Assembly (NCBI GenBank): GCA_963666285.1
Contig: OY762711.1
Strand: one strand, 5' to 3'
From: Sedimentisphaerales bacterium
GTDB lineage: Bacteria > Planctomycetota > Phycisphaerae > Sedimentisphaerales > SM23-30
Length of the DNA: 64,000 nt
The notes below the pieces were generated by a model. It was not told the origin of the DNA, did not search any database, and worked only from the letters and a program-made list of their open reading frames with translations. Within the stretch, counting starts at the first letter, position 1, and each line of letters starts with the position of its first letter. A program made the position numbers and the translations under genes. Below are positions 60,104-64,000 of this stretch, piece by piece.

Positions 60104-60496
60104 ATGATTACTGAAAAAAAACAAGCTGAACTTGAAACCAGAATGGCTGATTGCGGCCTTTTGGAATCTGATATCGAAGAAACCTTTATTAAGGGTTCCG
60201 GACCGGGCGGACAAAAGGTCAACAAAACATCTTCATGCGTTCAACTTAAACATGGGCCTACCGGAATAATGGTTAAAATGCAGAAAGAAAGATCACTACA
60301 ACTTAACCGATTCTTCGCCCGGCGAAAACTTTGCGAACTCATCGAACAATCACAGGGAACAAAAACTCCGGAACAAGTCAAAGCCGAAAAGATCAGGAAA
60401 CAGAAACAACGCAGAAAGCGTAGATCCTCACCTAAACGCTCAGCTACTCCACCGGTTGCTTCAGAAAACTCAAATCCTACCAGCCAAGATAGCTAA
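60104..60496 (+). CDS. Peptidyl-tRNA hydrolase of the RF-1 GGQ family (ArfB/YaeJ-like rescue factor)
   Basis: GSGPGGQKVNKTSSCV, ERS..LNR, basic tail KIRKQKQRRKRR. Confidence 0.85.
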   Translation: MITEKKQAELETRMADCGLLESDIEETFIKGSGPGGQKVNKTSSCVQLKHGPTGIMVKMQKERSLQLNRFFARRKLCELIEQSQGTKTPEQVKAEKIRKQKQRRKRRSSPKRSATPPVASENSNPTSQDS

Positions 60497-62387
60497 CCCG
60501 GTTATCCACCAGCCCAACCCCGCCTTTATATATATCTGACTTGATTATGGTGGTAAACTTATAACCAAGATCATCCTGCAAATGCACCACATCGCCCAGA
60601 ATCTTTAATGTCTCCGCTCCATGGCTGCAATCCTGCAACGCCCTCTTTATCACTGGCTCTATCTTATATTCGCTGCCCATCTCAGCCAGAAACACCATCG
60701 CCCTTACCCTCGTCAACGGCGAACTATCGCCACTCATCTCTATCGCTTCTTTCTCAAATTCGATTGCGGTATTGCCAAATGCCGCACATACCGTCATAGA
60801 CCAGAAACGAGCTATCGGATCACTAGACTTTATCGCTGATATAATACCATTTCTAGCCTCTCCATATGGCTTCAGCATCAAATCTGCAATATCTACATAT
60901 CTCCTGATACGAGCTTTATTCTCCCTGCCATACTCCCCAGGATCTTTTATGCCGTTCTCCTTTAGAAATACTGATTCCGGTATTATCCCCAGGTCCGGCA
61001 TTGACACAACTCTATCATACAGCTTTTTCTGCATCTCACTGAGAACAGAGGCATATTCCGGTTTTTCTGCCAGATTATTTGTCTCAAAGGGGTCTTTCTC
61101 CAAATCATACAGCTCATGCCCACTCCTCGGCTCAAAAAATAATGCCTGCGCTGCTGTCAGATTACCGGCCTTAAACATATCACGCCACTGCACAAAAGAC
61201 TGGATTCCCATCCGATAATTATTCTGCAGCGAATACGGCACAAACGGCTCGTAGTTTCGCACATACTTATACTTGCCCTTGCGAAAACTGCGAACCAGCA
61301 GATACAGCTCATCAAATCGATCTGAACTGCACAACACCTCATCCCGAGCATTCAGATCGGCCGGTGAAATACCCTTACCCAGAAACGGTCGGCCGTCCAT
61401 CCCCGCTGGAATTTCAATTCCGGCCAGATTCAGGCTCGTTGCTCCAAAATCAACAAAGCTGACAAATCCGCTTATCTTGCCACCCTGCCCTTGTGGCGAC
61501 AGATGCTTAAATCTCTCCGGCACATGCACTACCAGCGGCACATGCAAACCGGTTTCTGTTATATATCCCTTACTGCCGGGCATCGTACCGCCGTTATCAC
61601 CAATAAAAAAGATAAAGGTATTGTCATACAGCCCGTCTTCCTTTATTGCTTTAACCATATCTCCCACCAGTCGGTCCAGATCTCTTATCCGGTCAAAATA
61701 GGTAGCATATGTTTTCCGAAACTGCCTGGTATCTGGATGCACAGGATACAGTTTTACTGAATCTAAGCTGGTCTGCGGTGAGGAAAGTTTGCCACGTACC
61801 TTTGACTCATGGCTAATTGTAAATGTACGAACATGAAAGAACGGCATATCAGGACTGGGCCTGTCCCGCCACGCATATACGCCGGCAGCGGCATTATCCC
61901 ACGCTCCTGCTCCGGTACAATTATAGTCTGTTTTGGTTGAGTTTGTTGTATAATAACCGGCATCACGCATATACTTCGGAAAACGCTCTAAACCATCCGG
62001 TAAATTGGCAAATTCTATCCTACGATGCCACTGCAAACCTGCCCTGCTGGGATAACAACTCGAAATCAGCGATGATCTCGCTGCTGAACATACCGCAACA
62101 TTACAGAAGGTATTTGAAAACATCAACCCATCTTTTGCCAGTGAATTAATGTTTGGTGTTTCTATTCCATAATCATTATCAAACAGCTTAAACCAATGCT
62201 TCGAACAGTCCTCACCCATAATCCATACAATATTCGGACGCTCGGCTTCTTGTTTAGAACCGCTCGCTCCATACTTCTCCATATCTGAACTATTAGAATA
62301 GTCGTTACCATATATTGGTGTTCCTGCCGTATTAAGCACCAATACAACCATTGCCATGAAACAAAAAACTGACTTTCTAATAAACAT
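60477..62387 (-). CDS. Formylglycine-dependent sulfatase with C-terminal HEAT-like region
   Basis: Signal peptide; RPNIVWI..ED, CSAAR (C-x-A-x-R), GDNG, ELYDLEKDPFE. Confidence 0.9.
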   Translation of the reverse strand: MFIRKSVFCFMAMVVLVLNTAGTPIYGNDYSNSSDMEKYGASGSKQEAERPNIVWIMGEDCSKHWFKLFDNDYGIETPNINSLAKDGLMFSNTFCNVAVCSAARSSLISSCYPSRAGLQWHRRIEFANLPDGLERFPKYMRDAGYYTTNSTKTDYNCTGAGAWDNAAAGVYAWRDRPSPDMPFFHVRTFTISHESKVRGKLSSPQTSLDSVKLYPVHPDTRQFRKTYATYFDRIRDLDRLVGDMVKAIKEDGLYDNTFIFFIGDNGGTMPGSKGYITETGLHVPLVVHVPERFKHLSPQGQGGKISGFVSFVDFGATSLNLAGIEIPAGMDGRPFLGKGISPADLNARDEVLCSSDRFDELYLLVRSFRKGKYKYVRNYEPFVPYSLQNNYRMGIQSFVQWRDMFKAGNLTAAQALFFEPRSGHELYDLEKDPFETNNLAEKPEYASVLSEMQKKLYDRVVSMPDLGIIPESVFLKENGIKDPGEYGRENKARIRRYVDIADLMLKPYGEARNGIISAIKSSDPIARFWSMTVCAAFGNTAIEFEKEAIEMSGDSSPLTRVRAMVFLAEMGSEYKIEPVIKRALQDCSHGAETLKILGDVVHLQDDLGYKFTTIIKSDIYKGGVGLVDNRVSYLGW

Positions 62388-62682
62388 AAAACACCTCGGG
62401 TAAACTTTTTCGACTACACTTCATTATCCGGTTTTTCTATATAGTATTTACGACCAGACAATCTTTCAGGGACTAAAATCGAAAAAAATGAAAATATAAC
62501 ATACTAAATCCAAAGTGACCGGATAAAATCTATGTGTATTGCTTAATAGGCTTTAAGGCAATCAATTACATAATAATCTAAAGGTGACATGATCTGTTGT
62601 GATGTAATTGCCGATAACGATTCCGGCGATATAAAAACCTGTAGTTAAGACACTTGTCAGCTCTCAACTCTCTGCAGAGTTC

Positions 62683-63870
62683 TTACAACTCTGCTATCGA
62701 CGATGTAATGGAACGCGTAATTATCGCTCCGGCTATAATACTTAACAATATACCTACTGCCGTAAATACCACCTGGAACTTTTTAGACATAGCAATTACT
62801 TCTCGTGATTTATCCCCCGTCATTACATATACTTCTCGGGATTTATCAACAGCTGCTAAAATCTTATTTTTACAGTTTACACTATCTTGTAATAAGGTTT
62901 CCTGTAATAACTTCACTTCGAGCTTGGCTCCTGCCAATTTTCGATAAGTTTCAAATAATCCGCCTTCTTGCACTATCAACTTCTCTAACTCGTCAAAATT
63001 CTCTTCTGTCTTACCAAAAACTGCTTTTGCATCTTCACTGTCTATCCGACGTCCCAGCCTTTTCTGACGGGATCTATACCACTTGACCCTTTTGGCAATA
63101 CCATTTTCGCACTCTGTCAGTTTTTCCTGGTTCAACTCTATTGTATATTCGCCAATTATTTCTTTTATCTCGATACAATAATGTATCAACTTGTCGGAAC
63201 TCTCTAAAAGTGGATATATCTCGTAAAAAGTAAGCTCGAGCATTTCTCCCATCTCTTCTGCTAAAGCATCGCCTGCTTGCATTTTTGTTTTAGACACTTC
63301 CTCCATCTCGTTCATTGATGCACGTGCCATATAGTTCAGCTCTGTCAAAAGATCAAGCTGGCTTTTAGATTTTTCTTCATATAAACTCAGTTTAACAGCA
63401 ACTTCTTGACCATAGATCAAACTCTGCAAATACAACTCGGTCATCACTTTGATCTCATTTACGTAACTTTTATAAACCTTTATCTCCTGTGCTATTTCCA
63501 GGTTTACCCCGCCGATCTCGCATAGCTTGCTTATTCTTACAGCACTTTCATCAAATTCCTTTGATAAAACCTCTAACTGGGTCTTATGTTTATCAATTAA
63601 CTCCGGATCTGTCTCACGCAGTATATCAAATGATAAATTATATGTCTGCTGTATATTTTCCGTTAACTTCACTGATTCATCTGCCAATGGAACTGCAACT
63701 CCGGCAAACAATTCGACAGTTGATTCTATTCGATTTAACCCACTCCAGCTTACAGCACCTAATGTTCCTATTACAACTGATAATATGAAAAAAGCTAATA
63801 TCAGCTTTTTTCTTATGGTTGCTATCGAATAATTGCTGCCGTCTTGTGATTTCATATCTGGCGTACGCAT
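62683..63870 (-). CDS. Chemoreceptor-like membrane sensor lacking a cytoplasmic signalling domain (truncated or sensor-only)
   Basis: TIRKKLILAF TM1, helical periplasmic region, TM2 then ITRSITSSIAEL-stop. Confidence 0.6.
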   Translation of the reverse strand: MRTPDMKSQDGSNYSIATIRKKLILAFFILSVVIGTLGAVSWSGLNRIESTVELFAGVAVPLADESVKLTENIQQTYNLSFDILRETDPELIDKHKTQLEVLSKEFDESAVRISKLCEIGGVNLEIAQEIKVYKSYVNEIKVMTELYLQSLIYGQEVAVKLSLYEEKSKSQLDLLTELNYMARASMNEMEEVSKTKMQAGDALAEEMGEMLELTFYEIYPLLESSDKLIHYCIEIKEIIGEYTIELNQEKLTECENGIAKRVKWYRSRQKRLGRRIDSEDAKAVFGKTEENFDELEKLIVQEGGLFETYRKLAGAKLEVKLLQETLLQDSVNCKNKILAAVDKSREVYVMTGDKSREVIAMSKKFQVVFTAVGILLSIIAGAIITRSITSSIAEL

Positions 63871-64000
63871 TGAATATACCTCTTATATGATTATTTGCCA
63901 TGTGCTATCAAAACCAGTTCATAGCATTAAGGATCTTATATTACTGTGCTTTCAATACTGCTCCACTCTTCGGCTTATAAACTTGCACGCGATTATTGCC

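Noticed and set aside
62560..62690. Programmed frameshift or readthrough extending the truncated receptor
   Set aside because: All frames stop within about 30 codons and none encodes a signalling domain.
1..64000. CRISPR array, tRNA, rRNA, prophage or defence genes
   Set aside because: No regularly spaced repeats, cloverleafs, rRNA signatures or such protein motifs seen by eye.

Overview
AT-rich (roughly 40% GC by eye) bacterial window. PEP-CTERM proteins, Planctomycete-type dockerin-like tails (DxNxDxxVD..D..W), a prepilin/H-X9-DG pseudopilin, sulfatase, the HTH-receiver regulator and the absence of rpmD suggest a planctomycete, probably Phycisphaerae/Sedimentisphaerales (inference). 1-42 kb is a mixed region: chemoreceptors (a partial one, a tandem pair), alkaline phosphatase, SlyD-like PPIase, a PEPCK-like DUF4914-type protein, an IS200-type element, a degenerate IS1595-derived gene, avtA, bcp, PhzF, a five-gene secreted nuclease locus, nitroreductase, lipoproteins, hisB, purB. 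42.3-58.8 kb is the S10-spc-alpha ribosomal superoperon (minus strand), followed by cheW, an ArfB-like factor, a sulfatase and a truncated chemoreceptor-like gene. Strongest candidates for novelty: (1) a ~310-nt multi-stem RNA with a closing helix and a possible pseudoknot between a PEP-CTERM gene and a pseudopilin gene, inside a putative extracellular-DNA utilisation locus; (2) ribosomal protein uL22 fused to an N-terminal XRE-type helix-turn-helix domain; (3) a ~155-nt rod-shaped RNA with its own near-consensus sigma70 promoter upstream of rpsJ. All protein assignments come from motif recognition by eye, not database searches. No rRNA, tRNA or CRISPR array was seen.
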